A stretch of DNA of 61,387 bases, counting the filler, from Sphacelaria rigidula (lineage: Eukaryota): the NCBI GenBank assembly GCA_964200075.2. It is 8 parts of 8 records of this genome, joined end to end, with 100 filler letters (N's around TTAATTAATTAA, not from the genome) between each part and the next. Parts side by side here need not be neighbours in the genome. Positions count along the whole stretch, not along the records: positions 30,746 to 38,331 come from CAXNAA020014211.1; positions 38,432 to 46,017 come from CAXNAA020014212.1; positions 46,118 to 53,702 come from CAXNAA020014213.1; 5 more parts are not named here. The stretch is one strand, 5' to 3'. Positions 35,771 through 47,905 of the stretch are shown here, piece after piece. The notes beneath the pieces were generated by a model that saw only the letters and a list, made by a program, of their open reading frames with translations, did no database searches and had not been told where the DNA came from. The position numbers were made by a program, and so were the translations under genes. Every line of letters starts with the position of its first letter. Position 1 is the stretch's first letter.

Positions 35771-37628
35771 AACACTATATTCGTGAGATTGCACACCCTG
35801 GACAATACAATATGTAATATATATTGCCCGCTCAATATGTCGAGGCGTCGGGTGGTCAATATATATATTGGGCGAGCAATATGATGACACGAGAGAGGGT
35901 CAATGTAAATTGTGCCATCAATATATCAAGGCTCGTGACATGCAATATATATCGGCCGAACAATATATCACGACACGTGCCACCTCAATATATATTGGCC
36001 GAGTAATATGTTGGTGCGAGAAGGCACCAATACATATTTATCGAGTAATATATTTGCTGCCACCCGAGGTCAATATATTTCGACGATTCAATATACTCGA
36101 CACCCGAAGCGCCAATATGTATTGGGTGGACAATACACGAGCGAACCGACGGTCACAATACATGATGTAGCAAACTATTTTGATTTTTTACATATAGACT
36201 GAAACGTGTATTGAAATTAGTATTGTGGACAGTTCTTTGTTCGCGGTCGCCATTCAAAGACGTATTTTACATGCCGAAAATGCTCAAGGTATTCCTCCGC
36301 AAGCGTGTTCAGTATATATTGGCTGCACAATAGCTATCCGATCAGGGTGCGCACTATATATCGGAAAAGCAATACTTCTGCATGGTTTGCGTTCAATTTA
36401 TATTATGGTAACAATATGCTATACATCGCCTTGGCTCAATATATATTGACACTTCAATACATACACGGCCGGCATGCACAACATATGTTAACATACATTA
36501 CTTCATGATAATGACACGAGCAATATATGTTGTTGCTTCAATATCTCCGAGGACATCTCAACACAATATATATTGAAAGGACAATATTTGCGCTGGCTCA
36601 GATACAAAGTATTGGTATCATATTGGAACACACTATATTGTCCAGGGTATAAGCAACACAGCCCCGGTGACCACAGGGGTACCAAAAGGCGCATACCGAC
36701 CCGCGTTTTCTGTCGTCGTGATGTTTAGCCAAGATATTTATATTACATGCTTGAAAGGGGATGGGCGGCCCCGCACCGGTGACCAGATAGGTATCAGGAG
36801 GCATATATACCGGGTCGCCTCTTCTGTCACCATATTTTCTAACCAGTAAACATATATATATATATATATATCGAACGCATTCGACAACTTTCCGCAGTAA
36901 TGCACGCGAACTTCTTCGGCTCCCTTTAAAGTTTTTCCCAATCTGCACGGGCTCCGGCATCCATCGCGTCTGGATCTCTCCTAGAGCGTACACGATACTT
37001 ATGATACTTAATATATATTGACCGGCCAATACATTGTCACCCACGCAGACCCAATATATATTGACCGGTCAATATGTTCTCATCAATGCGACCCTAATAT
37101 ATATATATTGGTTGTGCAATATGTTGTCGCCCACGCTGCCCCAATATATATTGATGGGACAATATGTGTTCAACACAATAGTACCGATATATATTGGGCG
37201 GGCAATATGTATGCAGTCCCACGACATCAATATATATATTGGGCGCGCAATACATGTGCAGTCTAAGGGCACCAATATATATTACACAGGCAATATATCG
37301 CAAAATTCCAATATGATCGACTAATATATATTGGAAACATATTGTATTGTCCAGGGTGTGTGAGATTCAGAGTGTAGTTTCAGATTCAGAGTCAGGATTT
37401 CAAACGGAAGAACTGTTTTCTTTGTGGTCGGTTCTTCTCCGAAACAATTCGCGTCACTAATCAACCAATCCGAGTAATGAACATGCGTGTTTTCACAGCC
37501 TCCAATGTTGGTTGGTTAGTGATGCGAACTCTTTCGCATCAGAATCGACCACAAAGAAAACAGTTCTTCCCTTTGAAATCCTGACTCTGAATCTGAAACT
37601 ACACTCTGAATCTCACGAATACAATGTT
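35771..37628. mobile_element. foldback MITE split by the hAT-type insertion
   Basis: 37361-37435 pairs almost perfectly with about 37540-37616; left tip AACACTATATTCGTGAGATT stranded at 35771-35790. Confidence 0.75.
35792..37360. mobile_element. 1.57-kb non-autonomous hAT-like element (family C) with ~42-bp periodic arrays
   Basis: Terminal inverted repeat CACACCCTGGACAATACAATATG/CATATTGTATTGTCCAGGGTGTG; 8-bp flanks TGAGATTG/TGAGATTC. Confidence 0.85.
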
Positions 37629-37998
37629 AATGCTACTAACGATTCTAGATGCACGAGAATATGATTCAGGGCATCCTCGTTTGCAAGATCACTCGGGACA
37701 TCTCCAGCACAGTTGAGTAGTAACCCTGGCGTACTTTCACACATTTTTATAAGTGGTGTTTTGCATGAGATCAAGGGCTCCTAACAATTCTAACCTCAGA
37801 AACTATTTGTGCACCCCTACCGTGGCATAACTCCAAACGTGAAGAGAAAACGCCAACGCCCGTACTGGTGCGTGCTATGGTCAAAATATGCGTCCTTTGC
37901 CCACGAACAGTGTTCGTTTTTGTGATATCTCCATAGGCCACCCCCCTGTATTTGTGAAACACTCACTCTGTCTGTGGCTCGGTTGCGGGTGCGTATCC

Positions 37999-38249
37999 TG
38001 TCATAAAGAGGAAGTAGCTCAAGCACTGGCTGGGGTCTCTCAGTATGGGTGCCAGGAGATACCATGGTGCCAACCCACCAAGCTCCCACGTGGGCAACAT
38101 CACACAGACCTATAGCTTTATCCATCATGAACAATCACAGAGTAGGTTCATTCATGTTAGACTATTGGTTAAGAACTGACGTGTTTCATAGCCTCATGTT
38201 TTATCTACAAGCAGCTCTCTTACTCAGTACAGCCGCAGGGCAGCCGACA
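37999..38249. repeat. solo-LTR/TRIM-like repeat, second copy
   Basis: TGTCATAA...GCCGACA; homologous to 28687-28935. Confidence 0.65.
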
Positions 38250-38331
38250 CTTTCTACGATAGCCCCCCCCCCAAAACCAGCTAAAAGTGTCACGAAAAAA
38301 ATGGCCATACAGCGCCTGGTGTTCGAGTTCA

Positions 38332-38431
38332 NNNNNNNNNNNNNNNNNNNNNNNNNNNNNNNNNNNNNNNNNNNNTTAATTAATTAANNNNNNNNNNNNN
38401 NNNNNNNNNNNNNNNNNNNNNNNNNNNNNNN
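38332..38431. other. artificial contig spacer
   Basis: N44-TTAATTAATTAA-N44. Confidence 0.98.
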
Positions 38432-38489
38432 ATTGACAAACCGCACCGTGATAATCCGCAGCGCGGAGCGGATTGTCCTCCGTACACAC

Positions 38490-38612
38490 CCCTGATGATT
38501 TCAACCATTTTCAAAATAAAAATAAACCACGATGGTTGAAATCACGATCTATCAGATCGGGATATTTATTTTTCACTGCACTTTTTCGATCGAAGACTGA
38601 TGTGACACAGCC
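38490..38612. mobile_element. family B MITE, partial
   Basis: Centre and right arm followed by TAA. Confidence 0.65.
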
Positions 38613-39383
38613 TAAGAAACGCCGTAAGAGGTCACCAAAAATCGAGTGAATTGGACATTACCGTAGGTCATGTCAACATGAACGAAAATACGGGGTTTAG
38701 CTCTCGTCGTTCGGACGGTATTCGGGTGACCGCTATTGTGACAACACAGTACTCGCACACGAACACAGGACAGCGAAAGACAGCACACAGACAGTACTGC
38801 AAGACATATCGCACAGTAGTACAGCACAGGACAGTGCAGACATACAATAACACCTGCAAACTTTTGCCATCTGGAAGCAGCAGGGTAGGTTCAGTTGCAT
38901 GTGTTCCGGTCGTGAAGTGTACTATGATACTCGACGCCATGAAGTATAATTAGTTGTGTTGTACTGGTGGACGCCGTGGTCTGTAAAGATTACATGGGTC
39001 ACCTTCAGCTCTCCGCGTCGTCGCTGTGCGTGGCGGTACTTGCGAGAGGTCGGTTTCTCTCGCCGGAAGCGTTCGAGCATGAACTGGATAGAGTCCATGG
39101 TAGAATAGAAGATTGCTGTGAGAAGATATCCTAGTTTCTGGTCCTGAACCACGGAGAATCTTCGCGGCGCTGACTTTCGTCCCCAACTTCTGCTATCTTA
39201 CGACCACGGGTCTGAGATATATTGCTGTCGTAAAGAACCTGCGCCAGAATTAACGCCTCGACGTACAGGGTGCCCTGCTCTGGAAAGCACGGAGCGCGGG
39301 ACGAAGAGAAAAGGGGAAAAGCGAAAGACGAAAGGGAGGGCGGACCCGCAACTCGTAAGGGTCTTGCCCCTGTTGCAGTGATC

Positions 39384-39387
39384 ATGG
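39384..39387 (+). CDS. PP2A scaffold subunit A, 4-nt start-codon exon portion (ATGG)
   Basis: ATC ATG G|GTGAGA; phase 1 matches the next exon, giving MDDLGG. Confidence 0.6.
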
Positions 39388-39703
39388 GTGAGAACTTCTT
39401 GTGCTATTTTGTTTCGCCAGACATAAATCCAGTACTGTGCTCATCAGAAGGAATAAGGAAATTTTGTTGGTTCGTGTGGCCCGCTCCGAGATCGTCTAAA
39501 CTATTCAAGGAAAGCAAGTGCTCTGGTAGAGCGACTTTGATTTCGGCCATAGCAACGCTTGCACACAGGCAAAGGTCCGAGCATGCATCAGACAACCTGT
39601 TCACCGTCGTGATATCTCGACATTTACATCGTCTCTGCACATTTAACAATTAACTTAGCACCCTCATTTGTTGAACACCTTCGCTGTTGAAATTTGCTGT
39701 CAG

Positions 39704-39859
39704 ATGACTTGGGAGGGACAACACCCCTCCAACTTCTCCAAGACGACTTCGAGTCTTCCGACCAGGAGATACGCCTCAAAGCGCTCAAGCGGGTCAAGCT
39801 TGTGGCTGATGTACTTGGACCAGAAGTAACGCGGAGTGAACTGATCCCGTTCATTAACA
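39704..39859 (+). CDS. serine/threonine phosphatase 2A 65-kDa regulatory subunit A (first HEAT repeat) exon
   Basis: CAG|AT GAC..AAC A|GTGAG; DLGGTTPLQLLQDDFESSDQEIRLKALKRVKLVADVLGPEVTRSELIPFIN matches the PP2A-A N-terminus (..LG.E.TRSEL.PF); not in the ORF track. Confidence 0.85.
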
Positions 39860-40589
39860 GTGAGTTGCCATAACCTACTGTTGGTGAAAATGTCTTACAA
39901 TCGAACCTGGGAGGGCTGCTGTGACAGCGCTGGCTGCCTCTACTGTTTTCTCAGGAGTTACATGCGTCGCGGTGACACGGGGAAACTGTGCTGAAAGAGC
40001 GGTCCATTGTCAAATTACTCGTGTGTGACTACCCTGCCCAGCAGTAGGCACAGACAGCACGGCCATCCACACTGTCTCCTACCGGAAGTGCATTCGGTGC
40101 TATGCCGTCCTGTTGTTGAGGGAAAGGCACACGACGATTTCTTCAATGTTTTGGTCCGTTGCAAATTTGAAATAGCTGTAGTGAACGGCTGTACACGGTA
40201 CTGTACTGATCATTACTTACTCATTTTATCATACTGTGCTGTTCGTCTGTAGTGTGTACAGTACTGCTGTCGTGTGCATCAAGCGGCCAACTGTTCCCGC
40301 GATCGCGTCCGAGTAACTCATTCCAAGACGTATCGTCCTTGTAAGTTGCATGATTTCCGCCAGAGGCGTCGAGTTTGGCGTTTTTTCTCAGGAACATAAA
40401 ATTTGCGTCGTCGAATGCGCGAGGACATGAGTAGCACAAATAGCCTGTTTGGCTGAGTTTGTTGGTCGACGGTACATGCGGTGCGGGAGTCCTGATCTAA
40501 TCCGCGAAACCGAAACGTGGGGCGTGTACCCTCGAAACCATGGTCTCGTCTCGAGGAAGGGGAGGAGTTACAAGTCAGAAGAAGAGAAG

Positions 40590-41430
40590 AAAGCTCTGTC
40601 GTTCAACATCGTCCGCGTAGCCTTTGTCGACATGATCTTACAGCGTTTCGCGGTAGACACAGCCAAGGTCTCAGACTTGGTACCCGCAGATCTAAATATG
40701 CGCCAAAAAGTGTTGATGGTGATGCCCTGGAAGAGACGCCGCTGGAGAGGATGCGGCGCGCTGTATGGGGAATCCCTCATGTGGAGAACGCCGACACTGT
40801 CTCGAGGTCCCCGGACGGGCTTACTAGAACTATGGCCGTTTTAGTGGTGGGCTGCCAGGAGTCCGGATTGACGGGATCGGAGAGCAAGACAGAGGGCATG
40901 CTCCTGTGGTCAGTACCCAGCTTCGCAGAAATCTCTCAGCACATCAAGGTGACAAGCCAATGGTACAAGCAGGCGGCGAAGTTTGATACCTTGGTGATGA
41001 TGTCAGCACAGATGGGAATGTTTTCATCGAAATCACACGCCGCATCAGCCCTGCGTGAGCACGCCTCCGAAAGTATAGTAAGTTCTTAACTCTACGATCG
41101 TCCCAACGGCCAGCTACCTCTGAAAATCCGGCTCTTTGACGCGGAGGTCGCGGAAGCTATGCTGAATGACCGTGGATCAGGGACGCTTGTCCCGAAAAAC
41201 TTCGACAGTCTTCCCGCTGCCCACCACGAGCTTTTGCTGCGAGTGGTTGAATTCCGCAGTAGGAGGTGAACGAGTTGCAACACTCCCTCGAACAGAGATG
41301 AGCTCGAGATGACCAACTGCGGAAGTATGAAGACAACCATCCGCAAGCGTCAACTATGGTTCGCAGAGGCCCTCGTCCGACATGACGGAGGACGTCTGCC
41401 ACCGCGCATCATCTTTGGACGGTTAAAGGA
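40590..41430 (+). mobile_element. decayed RTE-like non-LTR retrotransposon, RT core and C-terminus (3' tail to about 42110)
   Basis: FNIV..VDMILQRFA..VSDLV; RRAVWG(IPHVEN, decayed MLYADD)..CQESGLTGSESKTE; LYDRPN..LKIRLFDAEV; TTIRKRQLWFAEALVR..IFGRL. Confidence 0.85.
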
Positions 41431-42119
41431 CCTAAGGAAGCTAATCGCGCCCAGTTGGGACCCGCCTCCAGGAGAAATACAAAGACAGGGGCCCTCTTTG
41501 TACCCCACTAGGAATAAGTGGGGAACCTTGGTTGGCACGGAGGCTGATGTACCTCTGTATTCTCTTGTCGACTTTTGACTTTCGCCTTGGCTCGTGACCT
41601 TGCCGTGTTCCCTGGTTGTGCTTTCGCACATACTTTGTCCTTGGGTTTCGTCGCTTCCGTATTCTTTATTTCTGTTTTCTCTGTCTCTTTCTCTTCGTCT
41701 GTCTGTCTCCATCTCTTATCTCTCGCTGTTCATGTTCTCTAAGTATTAGGTGGAGCAGTTTGGTGCTTTGTTTACGTAGGGCTCACGAGTGGAAGCCCAT
41801 GCCTAAACTTTATGGCCCGAAATAACTGAGTCGCAATCTGCTCCCACGGCATTTTTGTGTTGTTTGTATAAGTGTATGTGTGTGTTTTGATGCGCACGGC
41901 CTTTTTTTTCTTATTCCTCTATTTTTTTCTGCTTGACTTCGTTCTTGTTTTTGCTTTTCGGTCCGCTCCGTTCGTCTCATGTCTTTGTTTTCCTCCCTTT
42001 TTTTTCTCCGAGCATTTTCACTTAGCTTGCCCTGGTACGTCGACATTGTCATCTTGTAACCACGGCTGGGTACCTCGGGGATCAACTAATCTGTGAAAAA
42101 TTGTCAATCACAGCGGTTG

Positions 42120-42620
42120 TGAAGTTTGCAGCACGATGCACCAAGCAAAGAACCAAAAGCCTACCGTTCACGGCGTGATTTTCAAGTATCTTCTGGGTAG
42201 AGTAGAACACATGGTGCGTGATAGTGTCGCACCGACCCATCGGCGTCGTCGCCGACTCTTCGTCTCTCAGCCCATCGCCTAGAATCAACAGCACACAAAG
42301 ATGTGTTTGACCAGTTTGAACAGTGGACCTCATGTTTATGATTTTGTGCAAAATCTCGTTTGCTGGATGGATGCAGTGACAGTACTCTCTCAATCCTTTT
42401 TGCGCCAATAGTGAGATCTCACAGTTGCGCTGATTGTTGGAGGACGACAATAGTGTATGCGTAGCCGGTCACTTGATGGTCGTCGCGATGAACGACACAA
42501 TTCATTCGAGTTTTTTATTTCGACCAATAGTATTGCAGCTTGTAACCATGAATATGTATGTACATGATGGCTATTGTCCATGCCACACCCCAAGGCTTGG
42601 TGTGCTGATCACGTAAGTTT
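42120..42620 (+). mobile_element. possible very decayed Copia RNase H fragment
   Basis: Scattered remnants in Copia order: FKYL, STQRCV, LEDDN. Confidence 0.3.
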
Positions 42621-44374
42621 GTCGGTACGTTATATAAGATAGCCGGCTCCGATCGTCGCTGTTATTGGCACATTGTGGGCGGTGAGGACATCGTGCATCG
42701 CACAGCGGCATCAAACCACCGAAAACCGCTACAGGGGCCGATTGGATTCTTGCAAAGCAAGTTTCCCATCTAGATAGAATTCCGCACCCCCATAGCCGTG
42801 TCTTGATGAGGAAAGTAATATCTGCAATTATAGAAAGGCCGACCACAACCACCTTCAGTCTTACCGAGAACACATTTTACTGTCGAGATGCAAGCCAGAT
42901 CTGAGGTTCGAAATTGCGACGGTTCTAGCAGTGACCGTCGGTCCAACACGTCTGTGCTGGTACCTACACACCGAGCCCCGGAAAACCTATACAGCCACCT
43001 TCCGCTCACGCTCATGAGCTCCGCCGCTAGCCCTTGCTCGTCCATCTACACATAGCAGTCTTTGTTTGGCGGAAATCCTTTCAGTAGTGAAAGAAAGGTA
43101 GCTGCGTGCGAGCCAATTCAACCGGAAACGCACCATCGCTTACCCTCATGTATGGATGTCATCGGCGCGCACCTGGCACAAACTACTCTTTCTCGCTCAA
43201 TGCTAAACCGATTTGCCCAGAGCAAAGCACAACTTGCTCAGTAGATTAGCATGGACTGCTTGAGCTATATGCTTGTGTTCGCGGGGGTAGTGGAGCTCTC
43301 GGTTTCATGTGTTGTGTTGGTTTTGTCTGAAGACCTGGGTGTCCGTGCCCCCCTGCGATTACTGCGTTTATGTTTGCTCAAACAGACTTTTTCCGGGTCA
43401 TCTTGATTGGTATTGCACCAACCAATCATAGGTGGAACAGATTTTGAGCAAACATATGTTTTTGCCTCTATGAGACATGCCCGTCCACAATGGAGGGGGC
43501 GGGTTTGGGGGTTGTTGCAGCCCGTGTCTATCAGAGGCTCTGCAGCAGACAGCCGCTGACGGAAGCAGGGTTTGTGGGAAGTACAAGCTCACGGCTGCAG
43601 TTCCATGTGTTTCACTTGTGTGCGTCAACGTACGTTCGTCCCGCATAACTGGCTGTTGAGGTTGTCAAAAAAGACTCCGCAAAACTGCGACCCAAAACCA
43701 GACACCACCTATCTCCACGCGCATTCGCCGCCTGCAGCACGTACACTGCTACCGAATATATCACTACCTTCATTCACCTGTTCAGCTACAAAAAGCACAG
43801 TTGCATGTGTTGAGAACTGCTGTTTGTAAGATCACTGCTGTTGTGCTGTAATGTACTTCAGGCAACGGTTAAATTTGTAAGAAGTAAAGGCCACTGACCC
43901 TGGCTTACGCATGGATGAGCGTACTGTTACGAATGGCGTACGCGTAATCGGCGTGCGCGTGAAGGTGGTTTTCCCTATTTAGGTGCTGTTTCTCCATCGA
44001 TAACAATCATTTCAAAACCCAGTCGAAAACCAGAAAAATATGCCAGTTGGTCGACAGGGGCGAAATAAACAGCATTTTTCGTAGCGTTGGAATGCGGGCT
44101 GTTGATTGCCATTAACCGTTTGCCTGAAGTCCCGGGTCGCTTAGTCTGATATTTCGCTAGAAGAAAGCCATCCGTGAGCGGTTGCTTGTAGTATGTCTGC
44201 AGTAGCACGCGAAGCGTCACTTCCTTCGGTCCTCGAACTCTGCTCACACATCATACGTAAAAGCTCCTCAACTCTGCCCTAATTCTCAAGTATAGGCCTA
44301 CCTCAGATGAAATTGGTTATGTCGGTGCGAAGTTTATTCAACTCCCTTTTTGTACCTACACACTACATATTCTT

Positions 44375-44511
44375 CACACCCTGGACAAAAGATTACATTG
44401 CCAGAAAATGTACTGCGTATAGTATGGGATCCATTATCTGTTGCAATATATAATATATCCCATACTGTACGCAGTACATTTTTCACGATGTAATCTATTG
44501 TCCAGGGTGTG
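44375..44511. mobile_element. hAT-like MITE, family C (137 bp)
   Basis: CACACCCTGGACAA...TTGTCCAGGGTGTG; 8-bp flanks ATATTCTT/ATATTTTT. Confidence 0.85.
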
Positions 44512-44831
44512 ATATTTTTCTCACGGCTCCCCTCTCTGGGAACGATTCCGTAGTCGCAAAGAATCATATCTCCTCCCCCGGTGCATCGAGTAAACGTACC
44601 AATTTCGGTACAGTACCAATTAAGGTACAATTTTTTTTAATAGTCCATAACTCCGCGAAATATTGGTTGTTTTCCATTCTGTTTTTTTCTGCGTGTGCAC
44701 AAGAGCACGACGCTTCTTTTGAGCTACTGCACGTGCCTTTTGTAAAAAAAAACACACCATCCTACAGCACTGTGAATAAAGACGTGTGTGTCTTTTTTTT
44801 AAATCGGCTTTTTGGTCGATCGGTTCTAAGC

Positions 44832-45347
44832 ATGCAGAGAGTACAGGTGGACCCAGAACGTGCAACAGAGACCGTAGAAGCGGTACGCAGCGGTCGCATG
44901 ACCTTCCAGGCTACTGCAAAGACTTTTGAAAGTTTCGTTGGTTCGCCGCAGAAGCGTGTCAGTGGTAGCGTGGGCATAGCTGGCAGGGTTGGTCCGGGTA
45001 CTTTACTGTCGAGGTGGGAAGAAAATTCCTTCGAAGATATGCTGAACAATTGCCGCAGCTCGTCAACGGGCCTGAATAGAGATGGCCTGAAATAGGCAGC
45101 TATGGCACTCTGGAGCGACAATCAACCGGTGCCATAGGACCCGACAGTAGGCTCAGGCCGAAAATGGCTCGGCTTGTTCCTTCGGAGGCACCCGCGGCCA
45201 GGTGAGCGCAGCAACCGCATCTACAAGGCCGACAGGGTGGTGCGACCGACGAAGAAGATTACATGCCGGAGTTTTATGCGGCCTGTGAGGACTACGTGCA
45301 CGAGCAAAAGCGAGCAACCGACCACAGATGGGACACAGATGAGACAG
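44832..45347 (+). pseudogene. pogo/Fot1-type (Tc1/mariner) transposase N-half: psq-like HTH, CENP-B HTH, start of DDE
   Basis: VEAVRSGRMTFQATAKTF..RVGPGTLLSRWEE..; GRKWLGLFLRRHP; FY..W.TDETG followed by a GT donor; internal stops and a frameshift. Confidence 0.75.
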
Positions 45348-45980
45348 GTGCGTTACTGTCTGTCAAGAGCCGTTCCGTTTATGTGATACAACGCATGTGT
45401 CTGGAGCTAGAACCAAGGGCTGTTGCTGTGGCGTGGTGTTTGTCTGCTCTCAGTCATGCTACGTTTGATTCGGTATTATTTTCGCCGCATTCTTCGCCGA
45501 CGAAGCACTTGGCGTTTGCCTGCTCATTGCTGTCTCGGCGTGTTCTGTTGATTGCACTTACTTACTCTTCATAGAGGTCCCGCCTATACTGTCTGTAGAG
45601 GTGTTGCAAGTACCGCGTTTAGATATTGTGCCGGTACTGTGCGTACCACCCGATACTCGACGTACTACTAACAATGTTTTCTTGAGATTGAGGGTAGAGG
45701 ATACGATCGAGACTGAAAAGCAGTCAAGTAGCGACTGAATAGTTTCAGTTCCGAAATGTACCTCCGTGAGACCCGATATGCTTTATTTGGTAGCTCGCCA
45801 CTGAGGCCCTTGATATCGCTGAATAGGATATCGACGTGTAGCTGTAAGCACACGCTAGTGATAGAGACAAAGAAAAGCACACACGGAATAAAAAATTGGC
45901 TTAGTTAAAGCGAATGATCAAAGCCGCTCTCAATGAGCTTTCTACCATCAATCTCACGAAAACGTTGTTTACTCTGTACC

Positions 45981-46017
<37 letters not shown>

Positions 46018-46117
46018 NNNNNNNNNNNNNNNNNNNNNNNNNNNNNNNNNNNNNNNNNNNNTTAATTAATTAANNNNNNNNNNNNNNNNNNNNNNNNNNN
46101 NNNNNNNNNNNNNNNNN
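46018..46117. other. artificial contig spacer
   Basis: N44-TTAATTAATTAA-N44. Confidence 0.98.
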
Positions 46118-46245
46118 AGGGCGGTTACGTGTACGGCACGCCTGTGTGCTGTCAAACGATGTTCGTTCATAGATGATTGGCTGTTTTCATCTGTGAACGA
46201 ACATCGTTTGACAGCACACAGGCGTGCCGTACACGTAACCGCCCT
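46118..46245. repeat. near-perfect hairpin (~59-bp stem), probable MITE
   Basis: AGGGCGGTTACGTGTACGGCACGCC...GGCGTGCCGTACACGTAACCGCCCT. Confidence 0.85.
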
Positions 46246-47008
46246 AGCACAGTCGTTGGAGTCTGGGGATGTGATGTGCTGTGGTGTGGCATAGGCAGCG
46301 GGTTTCGGCCGCATGCTGTCGGGGAAACCACATTGGGCTACTGTTTTCCTTGAGCGCGTCGGATTTGTGACTTTTTCAAGCGAGGGATTGTTACAGCATT
46401 AGATACACCAGGATGCCTCGCCTTCTTTGAATAAAAACCGCGCAATATCCAAACCTCCAACTTATGTACCGCAGTTATACTCCGCCGGTGTTGGTACACG
46501 TACCACGTACCGTAACCTCTGGCTTTGACCCCACACACACACTATCAGCGAATCATCTTTCGACGAAATGAAGAAAGTCGGACATATTCCAGGGCAGACG
46601 GTGGTGTTTGTTGCCTGAACTTCACGCACGGCCACGCTCCGCTTGTCAAGAAATGATACATATCTATTCATTTAGAGGTAAACGTTCAAGAGCATTAAGG
46701 CGTTGTATGTGGCAGCCCGTCATTCGGACTGTTAGACACAGAATAGTCGGTGCGATTGGGTACGGTTCAACTTCTTGTCACCGTCAGAGTGATGGTACTG
46801 TAGATCTGTAGATGGTCACCTTCTTGTTTACTCTTCTCTCCACGTTCTCGGGCTAAAGGCTGATTTTCCTACTCGGCGCAAGGGGCTATGTTTGGGAAAG
46901 GTCGTGAGACCTCTGTTGTTGACTTGATTCCCTTGTTGATGAGTGTATATTATACTCTCCACCCAAAACAAAAAACCCCAGAAGGATGAACTGATCCAAA
47001 GGGGGCGG

Positions 47009-47454
47009 TGTTCATGAAAAAATCACTCGTACAAAAATAACACGTCAGAGCCTGATTCCTTGGCCACGCGATTGGGCGTGTGCCTTTCAGCAGATTTTTG
47101 CTGCAACCAACATATCGGGTATACCTTTAATAACAGAACTGTATCTCTTATTTGCCCTTCACCCATATGTCATGATCCAATCACAATATCCATTTCCCAC
47201 GCAGCCAGGCCTGTTTACATGTATCCATCATTGAGTATGAGTATATTCGATCAGCCCTCCTACTCACGGCTCAACTTTACTCAATTGTCAAGTCTCATAC
47301 TCTCATTTTCGACTAGCCCTCCTACTCACGGCCGAATTCTACTCATGTCCCAAACCCTACTAGACAATATGCAATGCTTTATTATCAAGCACAAGAAAAA
47401 TCGTCCCACCCGTGTACAGACATACGGTAACGTCATCTACTTAGCAAACTGAAA
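47009..47454 (-). repeat. probable 3' LTR of the minus-strand Copia
   Basis: Ends TGTTCA and TGAA(C)A; adjacent pyrimidine tract 47455-47480 is a minus-strand polypurine tract; partner LTR not seen. Confidence 0.4.
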
Positions 47455-47905
47455 CTCCTTCCTTCAGTCCTTTTCCTCAATACGTCATGACATATTCATG
47501 CTCTTCATCCATCACATCACGCCTTTCAGTACTGGAAAAGAATTTGGATTCAAAAACTCAAACCATCGCAAACCAAAATGTCAAAAATCCCAGAAATTTA
47601 TTCGACAATATGGAAAAATACGTCAACCAAACGCAAAGTCGAAAACCAGTCCAGTTTCCGATATTTGCTACGGCAACTTTTGTGGCACTCGAAGTCCATC
47701 ACTAAAAACCATAGAAATATTTTTCTTGTCTACATCAAAAACTCAAATCAGGCCGTACTTGTAGAGAATAAAAAAATAATTCACTGCAAAATTGAAACTC
47801 TTGCAACCATGGCCTCGTACCCCTACGTTTCCGGGGTGGATAAATGTCCCCGAAAACAAATCAAACCACCTCAAACAAAACCAACATACCAGTGTGCTGC
47901 AGACT

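Noticed and set aside
35815..37335. CRISPR array call
   Set aside because: Repeats are short and degenerate, spacers are under 20 nt, no cas genes are present, the context is eukaryotic, and the array is bounded by transposon termini.
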